Notes: generated by a model from the sequence alone, not told the origin. A stretch of 64,000 nt of DNA from Candidatus Yanofskybacteria bacterium (GCA_003514055.1 DOSG01000002.1:79825-143824), one strand, 5' to 3'; counted from the first letter of the stretch, positions 10,803 through 20,760 are shown. Translations and numbers: made by a program.

Positions 10803-11076
10803 AACCGTAGCGATTTTTAGTCAATTTTTCAAGTAGAGCAAGACCTTTTAATCATTGAGTGTTTGTGGTAAATTTAGCGTAACAATTCAGCCTAAACCAA
10901 TCGGGGCAACCTGATTAGCATGGCATCAAATACCGACGAAGATACTGAACCCATCGTTCAGGCTCCTTCGTCGGTCCATACCCGAAAGGGTGTGGGAGAG
11001 TGAAAGCTCTCGGCCTAGCGGTGGGTTTAGTGTTATACAAAACCCTGAGTCCCCATTAGCCGAGGCAAAATATACC

Positions 11077-11547
11077 ATGGGGACGAATCTCAAACGAATC
11101 ACGGTGAGCCTATTGCTAGTTGTTGGTGTGGTTGTACTTATCTCGGCATTGTCCTCTGGTGAACCAGGGAAGGATGTGGAAACAGTTGCCGCGTTTGATG
11201 TCCCAATGCTTGTTGGCAAGGACCTCTCCGGACTTGTAGCCGAATTGGGCATACCAGATAATAACAGCGAGCCGAATATGCTCCAAATAGAAAATGGGAC
11301 AAAAACATGGGAAAAAAGCTGGGAACGGGGCGACTATTTTCTTATGGCAACTTACGATGTAAAAACTAGAAACGTTATAGACTTGTTTATAGGTGCTGAA
11401 ACCGACGCCGGGTTTGTTCAGTTCCGGGATACAAAAAATATCTTGAAGGTAGGTGGACTATCCTCGAGTGCTACTGGTTACTCGGTCGAATTTGTAAAAG
11501 CAAGAAATACTCCGGGTTATACAGGTGCTGTTATTAAGGAGAGGTAA
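11077..11547 (+). CDS. Membrane-anchored/secreted hypothetical protein
   Basis: ATG at 11077 then a TM helix and soluble domain. Confidence 0.65.
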   Translation: MGTNLKRITVSLLLVVGVVVLISALSSGEPGKDVETVAAFDVPMLVGKDLSGLVAELGIPDNNSEPNMLQIENGTKTWEKSWERGDYFLMATYDVKTRNVIDLFIGAETDAGFVQFRDTKNILKVGGLSSSATGYSVEFVKARNTPGYTGAVIKER

Positions 11548-11655
11548 ATAATGGGAGGATATCCCGACAAGGTTCAATACGATCTTGTCCAGTATCCATG
11601 TTGATTTTATTGTCTATTTCTGCGAGGATGTCTTCATCTAAATAATTTCAGCAAT

Positions 11656-12795
11656 ATGACGAGAAAAATTAATAAAATTGAGCTTCCAAAACCAATAGAC
11701 AAGAAAGAGATTACCTTGGATTCTTTAGTGTTAGACGACGACAATCCTCGCTTTGGGAGTACCCTGAACGGCAAAAGTCAGGAAGAAATCATAGAGAAAC
11801 TTGCCAAAGAGAAAAATCTATATGAGTTAATAGAATCATTCAGACAGAATGGTTACTACGAAGCAGAACCCCTGCTAGTTATCGGAGATAAAAAAAGTCC
11901 TGGTAAGTATATCGTCATTGAGGGCAATCGACGCGTAGCAGCTTTAAAAATACTTTTTGACTCAAACCTTTTAAAAAAATTCGGCTTTTCTAGTCCAAAC
12001 AATTTAAAACTTGAGGATTCTCTTGTGGAAAATCTCACCAAACACATTCCTGTGCAGGTTTATGGTAGTCGAAAAGATCTATGGAGCTACTTGGGCTTCA
12101 GGCATATTAAGGGGCCAATGCCGTGGGATCCTTATAGTAAGGCGCTTTATATTGTTAGTTTACATAAAGCTGGTACGTCAATAGACGAGATTGTTGAGCG
12201 CATAGGAGATCAAAATGCTCTAGTCGTGAAGATGTTTAATGGCATAAAGGTACTACAACAGGCAGAGCGCAAAAACCTTATTGAACCGGAAAATATAGCA
12301 AAGTTCGCCTTTTCCCATTTGTATACCATTCTTGGATACACAAATACGCAAAAGTTTCTTGGTCTTAAAATAAAAAGTGGGACTCTCTTAAAAGACAACC
12401 CCATACATGAAAAATATATTAAAAATCTGAAGTTACTCATTGAATTTATTTATGGTGATAAGGAGGGTAAATTCAAGTCGGTTATTCGGTCACAGAATCC
12501 TGATATCCGCCAATTAGACGCAGTCTTAAGCGACCCGAAATTAATAGCTGACCTAAAGGTAAACGTGAATCAGGTCGGATCTTTGAGTAATGTCTTTGCT
12601 GCTACCGGAGAGGCAGAGCAGATAGTCCCAGACTTAATAGCTGATGCTTTGGCAAAACTTAAAAAAGCAGCTGCCAACTTTCATACATATAAAAAAGTTG
12701 ACTCTTCCACAAGATCAATGATCGATGAAATAGCTGAGCTTGCCATAGATTTAACAAACAGACTCGATGCCAAGAAAAAAGGTAAAAAAAGCTAG
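11656..12795 (+). CDS. ParB/Srx-like N-terminal domain protein
   Basis: LDDDNPRF, EPLLV, VIEGNRRVAALK. Confidence 0.8.
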   Translation: MTRKINKIELPKPIDKKEITLDSLVLDDDNPRFGSTLNGKSQEEIIEKLAKEKNLYELIESFRQNGYYEAEPLLVIGDKKSPGKYIVIEGNRRVAALKILFDSNLLKKFGFSSPNNLKLEDSLVENLTKHIPVQVYGSRKDLWSYLGFRHIKGPMPWDPYSKALYIVSLHKAGTSIDEIVERIGDQNALVVKMFNGIKVLQQAERKNLIEPENIAKFAFSHLYTILGYTNTQKFLGLKIKSGTLLKDNPIHEKYIKNLKLLIEFIYGDKEGKFKSVIRSQNPDIRQLDAVLSDPKLIADLKVNVNQVGSLSNVFAATGEAEQIVPDLIADALAKLKKAAANFHTYKKVDSSTRSMIDEIAELAIDLTNRLDAKKKGKKS

Positions 12796-13747
12796 ATCTT
12801 CTGCTCCTACTTTACGCCAGCTGATATCATTACCAAACCAAGCAGACGAGTTATCAGAGTTAGCAGATTGGGTAGAAGTTTCAGCATGGATTCAATCTGA
12901 CTATCAAGTTAGTCGGGAAGAGGTACTGTCTGTTTTTTCGTTTGCATCGGATAGTAATGATGCAGAAGAAAAAGTTTCAAAGTTGTGGGACGAATTAAAA
13001 ACCCGTGCTGTAATTCTCCAAGATCATTATCCCTTTGCGTTATCTCCCGGGGAAGAGATTTTTCAATTTAAAAATAACGACCGCTACAAGGCTTATCTTT
13101 TTTGTTTACTTCTTTCGTTTGTTGGACTTACAAAAATAAACTCCAGAACATTTCCCGCTGCAAGTATTTTTGAAGAGTTATGCTCTTCTGTCGCTCAGAA
13201 ATATATTTCAAGTGAGTCAGTTCCTGCGAAAAGCTTACATTTTGGTTGGCCGCGTAATAGCTGGCCCAGAAGACAAAGATCACTATTAAAGGCCCTGCCA
13301 GAGCTTATAAGGACCCTCGGAGATGGAGAAAATCTAATTGATGGTGTCAGAAGTGGACGAAGTGCTCATACAGGAGATGCGGGTCTAGATATTGCTGCTT
13401 GGCGTCCATTCGTAGATGAGAGAAGGGGCATGTTGGTATTTTTAGGGCAGTGTGCAACTTCTAGGGACCATAATAGTTACATGAAGAAATTAGGAGACCT
13501 CGATTCATTCCTACTAGAGTGTGTTAACTTTAATTTTCCAAACACCCTAGGGTTGTTTATACCCCATATCCTGAGCGACAACGATCAATCCCACAAGGAG
13601 TACTGGGAGAGAATAAAGAGAAGGAAGAATATCCCATTTGATAGAATTAGAATTGCTCTTTATGGCGAGTCTTGGTCAAACTCTAAACTAGATACTTTTT
13701 TAAGTAGTCAACGTAAAAAATTGAAACAGGAGCACTCTCTTACTTAA
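12767..13747 (+). CDS. Putative PD-(D/E)xK / Mrr-like restriction endonuclease-fold protein
   Basis: FEEL..GDAGLDIAAW..FLGQCAT motif; overlaps the ParB-like gene. Confidence 0.6.
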   Translation: MPRKKVKKARSSAPTLRQLISLPNQADELSELADWVEVSAWIQSDYQVSREEVLSVFSFASDSNDAEEKVSKLWDELKTRAVILQDHYPFALSPGEEIFQFKNNDRYKAYLFCLLLSFVGLTKINSRTFPAASIFEELCSSVAQKYISSESVPAKSLHFGWPRNSWPRRQRSLLKALPELIRTLGDGENLIDGVRSGRSAHTGDAGLDIAAWRPFVDERRGMLVFLGQCATSRDHNSYMKKLGDLDSFLLECVNFNFPNTLGLFIPHILSDNDQSHKEYWERIKRRKNIPFDRIRIALYGESWSNSKLDTFLSSQRKKLKQEHSLT

Positions 13748-14885
13748 GAACCTTGATCGTAAAGTCGTACTCTCCAGAGTCATCGTATTTTTTGCCGAAC
13801 ATTCTAGCCTGCCGCACTTTTTTAAAAGGAGAGTAGCTTTCTTTTATTAAACTAAGTTTTTGATTGCTCCTTTTTATGCTTTTCTGGATAATTTTTCGCA
13901 AAGGGTAATTATCTTTTGTGGATTGACCTATTCTACATACTATAATCCCATCTTTACTCATTATTTTAATAAGTGACTTCCATGTGTCAGAAAGAAAATC
14001 TATATATTTTTCTTGAGATGCAATTCTGTCATCTTTGGTTATCTTGCCTCGTGATGGAAATGGCTCGAATCCTAAGAACCATAGCCTTAGCCACTGGTCT
14101 TCCTCGTAAGATGTTATTTTTAAATATGGCGGAGACATTACTACTAGCGCGGCTTTCTTACTGGTGATCTTCTTTATGTTTCTATCAATATCTCTAACAT
14201 CTCCTAAGATACAATGCCCACGAGATTTAAATTTATGCTGTTTAGAGTTTGATAGTCTGAAATTTGTCCTGTCTCGTAAAACAGAGAAGGTGTCTATATG
14301 AGGAGCCTTCATTTTATTTTTGTGCCAGAATCTAACTGAGTAGCCTGGCTTCGGGCAATACGTATGGGGCAGGTTATTGCTTAAGTAAACCTTTTTTGTT
14401 TTTTGTGTTTCCCCGTGCAAGTAGCTAAGACATAATGTTTTAATAAAAAGACCCTCCTTTGTTTGCTCTTTTTTAAGTCGGTTCCTTAACCATAAAATCT
14501 GAAGTAGGGTTTTGCTATAGTATGCATGGCGGAAAAAAAGCGGCAACCTGGAAGCTTCTTCTCTGATAGAATTCTTATCGGCCGACTCAAACTCCTTCTC
14601 TAGTTTTTCGATGTATTTTAAGCAGGTAGCCAGTTTAATGGGCCTTGTTTTTGCTTGAGTAATCGCAAACGCCACAGGGTTTATATCATTGGCTATCGCC
14701 GCTCTTCCCAGTATTCTTGCTTCCAACAAGGTGGTTCCTCTACCTGAAAAGGGGTCTATAACTAAATCTCCTGGCTTTGAATGTTTTAAGATGGCGTCTC
14801 TAGCAAATTCTGGAGGGAACATGGCAAAATAAGGGCATAGTGCATGCATTGCATCATTGTAAGTTATTGAGGATATAATTTTCAT
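13740..14885 (-). CDS. Amino-DNA methyltransferase (N4-C/N6-A)
   Basis: YFAMFP, DPFSGRGTT (motif I), SPPY (motif IV). Confidence 0.88.
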   Translation of the reverse strand: MKIISSITYNDAMHALCPYFAMFPPEFARDAILKHSKPGDLVIDPFSGRGTTLLEARILGRAAIANDINPVAFAITQAKTRPIKLATCLKYIEKLEKEFESADKNSIREEASRLPLFFRHAYYSKTLLQILWLRNRLKKEQTKEGLFIKTLCLSYLHGETQKTKKVYLSNNLPHTYCPKPGYSVRFWHKNKMKAPHIDTFSVLRDRTNFRLSNSKQHKFKSRGHCILGDVRDIDRNIKKITSKKAALVVMSPPYLKITSYEEDQWLRLWFLGFEPFPSRGKITKDDRIASQEKYIDFLSDTWKSLIKIMSKDGIIVCRIGQSTKDNYPLRKIIQKSIKRSNQKLSLIKESYSPFKKVRQARMFGKKYDDSGEYDFTIKVLK

Positions 14886-15156
14886 TCCTGCTTTAAATTT
14901 AGCAAATTTATGAGACCTTGGCCAGAGTGGGTTAACAACAGGTGAAATTAAAGAAATCTATTCAATTTTTTTTGTAGTAAATCCAGGTCTCCGAATTCTT
15001 CGACCCAATCAATCTGTCTGAAATCGTCCTTCAGTGCGAGCTAGTAGCGCTGTTATAATGAGAGCCAGCATTATCTGACTTTTTAGTTATAACAAGTATG
15101 GACGGTAGAGCTAACTTCTGATAACCTTATCGCATTCCATCAGAAGGTTGAGACCT

Positions 15157-15756
15157 ATGCGACTAATTATCGGCACCACAAATGAGGCCAAGGTTAAGCA
15201 AATTAAAGGAGCCTTGCTGCCACTGAAATTTCAAGTTGATGGCGTCAAAGATAAGAGTGTTCTTCCTGAAGTAATAGAGGATGGTGCGACTGCTCAAGAT
15301 AACGCCAGGAAGAAAGCCGTCGCATATGCCAAGGTATTGGGCGCAACAGTTTTATCAATGGATAACGCCCTATTTATTGATGGTCTGAACGAGAAAGAGC
15401 AGCCTGGCATTAATGTCCGGAGAATAAATAGTCGAGATGACCGTTCGGATGACCAAGAATTATTGAACCACTATAGTTCCTTAATCAGAAGGCTCGGAGA
15501 AAAAGTCGGGGGGCATTGGGAGTTTGCGATATGCGTAGCGACTCCAAGCGGCGAGACTCGTGAGACAACGATCATATCGCCAAGATTGTTTGTTGCTCAG
15601 TCGAGTTCGAAGATAGTACCAGGCTATCCGCTTGAGTCGATTCAAATTGAACCAGAGAGTGGAAAGTATATCTCCGAAATGAGCCAAGACGAACAGGACG
15701 TGTTTTGGCAGAAAGCAATCGGGAAAGAACTATGCAACTTTGTCGGATCATTGTAA
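15157..15756 (+). CDS. Ham1/ITPase-like non-canonical purine NTP pyrophosphatase
   Basis: IIGTTNEAKV, EDGATAQDNARKKA, SMDNALFIDGL..PG. Confidence 0.8.
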   Translation: MRLIIGTTNEAKVKQIKGALLPLKFQVDGVKDKSVLPEVIEDGATAQDNARKKAVAYAKVLGATVLSMDNALFIDGLNEKEQPGINVRRINSRDDRSDDQELLNHYSSLIRRLGEKVGGHWEFAICVATPSGETRETTIISPRLFVAQSSSKIVPGYPLESIQIEPESGKYISEMSQDEQDVFWQKAIGKELCNFVGSL

Positions 15757-15852
15757 TCCCAGGCCCATTCGCCGACTAACGTCGGCTTTTTTATTCCAAA
15801 CAGATTCTGACATCAATGCATCAACGGAGCTAGCAGCGCTGCTATACGAAAG

Positions 15853-15880
15853 TTGACAAATGCCACGAGGGTGGTATTTT
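15853..15880 (+). promoter_or_regulatory. Sigma70 promoter with palindromic spacer
   Basis: TTGACA-AATGCCAC-GAGG-GTGG-TATTTT; near-identical versions at 19495 and 45988. Confidence 0.7.
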
Positions 15881-15909
15881 AGACTTAGTTTGCTCACAAA
15901 GGATAGGCA

Positions 15910-16113
15910 ATGGCCAAACTGTCCATTAACGATATAAGACGGCGGATTAAACAAGCATCAGAGACCGGGCAAGCCTCGTGCGACATCGGGATTGAAGGGG
16001 CATTTCTAGTTCTCTTTGCTGGGATGTCCTTGAATGAAAGAAAACATATATCGAAACGAAAAAGTGAGGGGCGAAGAAGGCCAAACTCAAGCTCAAAGAA
16101 AAGAGCTCGCTGA
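15910..16113 (+). CDS. Small basic hypothetical cassette protein
   Basis: Promoter and AAGGA upstream, terminator right after the stop. Confidence 0.55.
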   Translation: MAKLSINDIRRRIKQASETGQASCDIGIEGAFLVLFAGMSLNERKHISKRKSEGRRRPNSSSKKRAR

Positions 16114-16228
16114 CCGAGAACGGTCATTTTTTAATCCAAACAGATCCTGGCATTCTTTACTCAGCGGAGCACCTATAAAAAGCCAGATAATACTGGCTTT
16201 TTGGTTGGACCTAATGTGGACGTTAGAA

Positions 16229-16927
16229 CTAATCTATCCTTTTCAAGACAAGGTCGCTGAACATACCCGGTATATTTTCGATTACCCACCCTGGCATATA
16301 TTTTTCAAACATAATTTTAAAATACTCCGAGCGTTCTTTCGCCTTACCTTTCCTGCGTAATTTATCGGGTAAAAAATCCTTATCAAATAGTGAATAATAT
16401 AATTCGAACACTTCGTGAGGCAAATGTCCGCTTTTTATTTCATCTCGAGTCAATTTATTGTTGGGATTTGCCAGAATCTCTTCTATGCACCTCCCTACGT
16501 CGCTCCCATAATAAGCAGTATCTGCCGGTGATATGCCGATTGCTTTAATTGATTTCAAGGAAGCCGCGGCTTCAATAAAAGAAGAGATGGCATTCCGAAG
16601 TATCGTCTGATCTTCTGGGCTTAGCCTTATCCGGGCGTATGCATATTCTCTAGTTTTAAATAGGAAGCTGTAACTATTGCCATAGCCTTCGGAAAGTCGG
16701 AATATATACTTTAGCCCGCCAATCGTCTTTTGTAAGGTATAGCGATTGTATGGTTGCTCCTCGCGTCGGAATGCGAAGGGGTAGGTCGTTGAATGATAAA
16801 TCTTTCCTTCTTCTAACTCTGGAAGGTTTTCTAACTCCAATTCTCGTTCGCTTTCGACGACTATGGGGGAGTTCGGCTTATGCTCTATAATCTTTTTGGC
16901 TTCGTTACTATTCCATTCTTGGCTCAT
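16229..16927 (-). CDS. Hypothetical cassette protein (232 aa)
   Basis: Long ORF filling one inter-site interval. Confidence 0.7.
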   Translation of the reverse strand: MSQEWNSNEAKKIIEHKPNSPIVVESERELELENLPELEEGKIYHSTTYPFAFRREEQPYNRYTLQKTIGGLKYIFRLSEGYGNSYSFLFKTREYAYARIRLSPEDQTILRNAISSFIEAAASLKSIKAIGISPADTAYYGSDVGRCIEEILANPNNKLTRDEIKSGHLPHEVFELYYSLFDKDFLPDKLRRKGKAKERSEYFKIMFEKYMPGWVIENIPGMFSDLVLKRID

Positions 16928-17221
16928 GATAATAATTCTACTATTAAATTTATTAAATGGTAGGGACGGCTAGATTAAATATTCAGATATTCTCTCAAGT
17001 CGGGGATATGCAAAAAATTCTCTTTTTTGATCACAGTTCTAACGTCATTCACAATGCGGAGCATTTTTCAGAGAGTGGCTTAAAACACCACTTTTTGATA
17101 TTGCAAATATTAGGATTTTGTGCTATAATATAGACAATGTTGCACCATCTAATCTGGATGCGTGCAGGCAGACCGTAAACCAACGATCCAGCACAGCTGG
17201 ACGGATGGAAGGAGAGCGGCT

Positions 17222-17650
17222 ATGGCAACTATGGTGTTGCTCGACAACAATGGCGAGAAAGTACGGACTCTCGGGTCGATCATCAATCCGAACCCGGATC
17301 TGGTCATCCCGCAGGGGTGGATGCTCAGTTGGGAAAATCAGTTCATGGAGGTCACTGCGACCGATCGTCTGAAAAATGCCGTGCTTACGCACGGGAAGGC
17401 CCGCGTCCTGGTCAATGTCGTGATGCAGACGCTCGTGGTCAGAATCGAGAGCCCGAATGTGAGGGATCTCGTGGAGGCAATCGACCTCATGGTTCAGTAC
17501 GTCGGGGGCGAGGTCGCTACGTTCAGCCCCTCCGCCGCCAACAATTCGTTCGTCGGCGGCATCAAGAACGACCTCGTCTTTCTTCGAAACATGGCGGTAC
17601 GGGCCATTCGCTCGCTACGGCAGCGAACTGGCTTCAAGATCGCGCGCTAA
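17222..17650 (+). CDS. GC-rich hypothetical protein, copy 1
   Basis: AAGGAG RBS, promoter TTGCAA..TGCTATAAT, terminator; paralog at 23265 with synonymous divergence. Confidence 0.8.
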   Translation: MATMVLLDNNGEKVRTLGSIINPNPDLVIPQGWMLSWENQFMEVTATDRLKNAVLTHGKARVLVNVVMQTLVVRIESPNVRDLVEAIDLMVQYVGGEVATFSPSAANNSFVGGIKNDLVFLRNMAVRAIRSLRQRTGFKIAR

Positions 17651-17855
17651 GCGCTCACACCTCGCATCGAGACAGGGGATCCCAATCCTCGTCTGGTGCG
17701 GGGTCCTTTGTTTTTATACGTATCCAAGACTAATTAAATCTCCCCGAATTCTTACTCAATCCAGCGTTCTGAATGCGTTCCGTAGGCAGAGCAAAGCTTG
17801 ACAATAGCACTAGATGGTGCTATTGTTATTTTAACCTTAAAACTAGGAGAGTGTC

Positions 17856-18059
17856 ATGCGAATAGTTGCCGATGCGTCAAAACGTACATTGAAATTAACT
17901 GCCGAAACTGATATTGACGAGGATGAATTGATAAGAGCGAACTACGTAGTGGTAAGTTCCAAAAAGTGGTACCAATTTTGGAAAAAATCACCAACCGTTA
18001 AATTGACAATGGCTGGAGATAAGAATAAATATCTTCAGGCAATAGAAATCTCTTTCTAG
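17856..18059 (+). CDS. Small hypothetical cassette protein
   Basis: TTGACA promoter at 17798, AGGAG RBS, terminator GACCCAC..GTGGGTC. Confidence 0.7.
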   Translation: MRIVADASKRTLKLTAETDIDEDELIRANYVVVSSKKWYQFWKKSPTVKLTMAGDKNKYLQAIEISF

Positions 18060-18197
18060 GTGACCCACAGTGTGGGTCTTTCTTTTGCCTCAAAACAGTC
18101 TCTAACATCAAAGCGTTCGGGGAGTTAACTTGATTATATCACGGAAACGTGGTATAATTATTCTAGTTCTCAAAAACCCAAGAAAGGAGTCAGTATA

Positions 18198-19322
18198 ATG
18201 AGTCTGAAACTGCGTCGGAGAGATAGACTATGGGTCATAACCCAAGGCCTGCCGCACGCTGTCGTGGCGGAAGTCCTCCTCGATCCTTGGGATCAGGTGG
18301 GCGAAGTCGTTCTGTATGCAGATTCCTCCGAGCAAGTTCAGCTCGAGGTTCTGCGTCTTGCGGCCTCACATGTTCGACAGTACGTTCGACATCGGACGGC
18401 TTCGGCTTTCGGTGGCCTCATGGTTGCCGAACATCGTAATCACAACCTGACGCGAGATGATTCCGACCGTTTCATGGATTTCTCGACGATCCCGTCGGAG
18501 ATTCAGGAGATGAATCGGGAGACGCTCACAAGAGGACTTCGCGAACTCCACATCAGTGTCTTTGCTGCCGTCCATCGGCGAGCCGAAGATGCAATCAGCG
18601 CCGCCATCGAACAAGTTGGCGTCGCTGGTCTCAAGTACGAAGTGATTCCCCAAAGGATGATCTTCGATACCGAGTTGATGGTTCGTTTCACCGTCGAAGA
18701 GCCGAACAGCTTCACCTTCTGGCACAGTCAGTCCAGGCCTGGTGGCGGGTTCGATCTCTACATCGTCCCGGCTTATCATCCCGTGATGAACGGGAAAGAG
18801 TCAGTTGGAATGGTCAACGGCGCTACAGATGCTTACATTCGCGGCAACGCGGTGAGAAGCATCTACTGCCCGGAGGACGCACAAGCAACAGATCCCAGTA
18901 AGAACTTCGGTACGAGCTGGAATCACGTGAAGCATCCGTTCTACGCGACAGGTCGTTCGATGGCGGTGAAGTTGATCACCACGAAGGTTCGTTCAGCCGA
19001 AAGCATGGAGGAGCTCACTCAGCTTCTGCGTGCTGCTCTCGGTCTGGACAACAAGTACGTGGACATCAGCGGCGGTTTCAATGCTCCGCTAAAGTGCGGG
19101 TACAATCGCATCGTTGAACTCGGCATCAGATCGCCCTATCCGCAAGCCGAGTACAGGCGCGGCGGTAACATCACTCGCGGTTCCGAACAACATTGCGTAT
19201 GGTCTTATCGAGTCCTCAAGGAAGAGGGGCAACTCGAGAAGGCCTACATTCCTTCCTGGTTTATCAAAGAAGGCTGGCTGAAGATCTACGAAGGCGCTGA
19301 AGAACGCCACGGTCTCTACTGA
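18198..19322 (+). CDS. GC-rich hypothetical protein (374 aa)
   Basis: Promoter at 18130, AAGGAG RBS, terminator; no family recognised. Confidence 0.75.
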   Translation: MSLKLRRRDRLWVITQGLPHAVVAEVLLDPWDQVGEVVLYADSSEQVQLEVLRLAASHVRQYVRHRTASAFGGLMVAEHRNHNLTRDDSDRFMDFSTIPSEIQEMNRETLTRGLRELHISVFAAVHRRAEDAISAAIEQVGVAGLKYEVIPQRMIFDTELMVRFTVEEPNSFTFWHSQSRPGGGFDLYIVPAYHPVMNGKESVGMVNGATDAYIRGNAVRSIYCPEDAQATDPSKNFGTSWNHVKHPFYATGRSMAVKLITTKVRSAESMEELTQLLRAALGLDNKYVDISGGFNAPLKCGYNRIVELGIRSPYPQAEYRRGGNITRGSEQHCVWSYRVLKEEGQLEKAYIPSWFIKEGWLKIYEGAEERHGLY

Positions 19323-19556
19323 TGAGCAAGCTCAGAAATCACCTGCCCGCGAGAGCCCGCACATTACGTGCCCGCCTCGCGGGCTCTCTCTTTTTATACA
19401 AACGCATATTTTATTAAATCATTGTGAATACTAACCCAATCCAGCGTTCTGAATGCGTTCCGTAGGCAGAGCTGACAGCATTATTGCAAGTATATTGACA
19501 AATACCACGCGAGTGGTATTCTAGGTCAAGTTGATCGTTCTCTGAGGTAAGAGGCG

Positions 19557-19742
19557 ATGAATAAAAAACCACGTTCACCATATCGCAAGAAGCCTTTGCC
19601 TTGTCCTTTTGGATGTCCTGGGTGTTTAGGGAGATTTTTGGGCAAAAAATGTGAATGTTCGAATACGCTGTCAACGTGTCAGCGTGCTCGCAAAGGCGAG
19701 TGCAATGAGTGCCATGCCTGTCGTTCATGTCGAGATGCATGA
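19557..19742 (+). CDS. Cys-rich small protein (metal-binding?)
   Basis: 11 Cys in 61 aa; promoter at 19495, GAGG RBS, terminator. Confidence 0.6.
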   Translation: MNKKPRSPYRKKPLPCPFGCPGCLGRFLGKKCECSNTLSTCQRARKGECNECHACRSCRDA

Positions 19743-19856
19743 TCAAACCGCCATATTGGCGGTTTTTATTTTCTAGATAGATCCTGATTTTATCCAGCGG
19801 AGTAGCACTTGATTATATCGTGTAAATGTGGTATAATTACTATACGGGGTGGCAAA

Positions 19857-20138
19857 ATGAATAAGGATACCGGGTGGATGATTGCTTCCGGGGTGGTAGG
19901 CTTCTTGTTCTTCTTGATCGCAAATTTCACAAACTTCTTTGCTGGCGCTAGTGTTCTGGCCGGCTGTCTCCAGCTTTGTGTTAATGCTTTTGTGTTCGTT
20001 GTCTGGGCCAGAGCATTCATGCGAAGCCATGGTTTTAAGAAGTTTGTGGCTTTCTTCGGAGTGATCGTCCCCGTCGGTATGGCGGGCGTTACTCTTTGGA
20101 GAATTCTAATCCCTGCAATCACAGCATCATTTGTTTGA
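19857..20138 (+). CDS. Small multi-TM membrane protein
   Basis: Three hydrophobic helices; promoter TTGATT..TGGTATAAT. Confidence 0.7.
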   Translation: MNKDTGWMIASGVVGFLFFLIANFTNFFAGASVLAGCLQLCVNAFVFVVWARAFMRSHGFKKFVAFFGVIVPVGMAGVTLWRILIPAITASFV

Positions 20139-20265
20139 TGCTCGCTGACCGAGAACGGTCTTTTTTTGTTGCAAAATAGGTTCTGATATTGATGCGTCAG
20201 CGAAGTTGGCGGCATTGCTACGTGAAAGCCAGACAAAGCTGGCTTTTTGGTTGAATCTGGTATAG

Positions 20266-20760
20266 ATGCCGGGGCTATGCTACGATTGGATCATGAATAT
20301 CATGCGGATATTATTGTATACTCTGGTTGCACTATTATTATGCTTGGTGGTCGTCTGGCTTGCTGTTGGAATTTGGAATGTCGATAAAGTTTACGGAAAG
20401 AAGATGTTTGGCTACCAAGAAGACAAAATTTGTATTGAATGTTTCAATGGTACTCGTACGGGTACTTGTCCACAACTGATGGATGATAAGCTCACATATC
20501 CACGCGCCGCTGAATCAACAGAAATGATGGATTCGGCGCCTAATGATAGTTCGGATTATTCCGATAGCCATGTTATTAGAAATGGGTTTTGCACTCAATT
20601 TCACTCTACATTAACTACCGAAGGGCAGGATTATATTAAAAGATTCCAGACGATGCCAATACCGGAGAAGAGTTATGCTGAGTCGCTTGGGGTAGCTTGG
20701 CGATATGTGGGAGATTTTTTTGTTGCTATTATCTGTCGCACCATTGGATGTAAAATGTAG
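20266..20760 (+). CDS. Membrane-anchored Cys-containing hypothetical protein
   Basis: N-terminal TM, CIEC/CPQ motifs; start uncertain. Confidence 0.65.
   Translation: MPGLCYDWIMNIMRILLYTLVALLLCLVVVWLAVGIWNVDKVYGKKMFGYQEDKICIECFNGTRTGTCPQLMDDKLTYPRAAESTEMMDSAPNDSSDYSDSHVIRNGFCTQFHSTLTTEGQDYIKRFQTMPIPEKSYAESLGVAWRYVGDFFVAIICRTIGCKM

Larger units (their letters stand above)
7390..15060. mobile_element. tRNA-Asn-integrated island core (LSR, putative rep/ori, ParB-REase-MTase); may extend through the array to ~23.7-25.1 kb
   Basis: LSR abuts the tRNA 3' end; AT-rich defence-like cargo; right boundary inferred from the first array site. Confidence 0.7.

Noticed and set aside
14975-15000. TCCAGGT as an attR duplicate of the tRNA T-arm
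   Set aside because: Only a 7-bp match, expected by chance.
15801-15852. Array site reads as a peptide (SDINASTELAALL / SDIDASAKLAALL / CELVALL)
   Set aside because: Other copies have in-frame stops and no start or RBS; the pattern is explained by transitions in a palindrome. A coding ancestry is not fully excluded.
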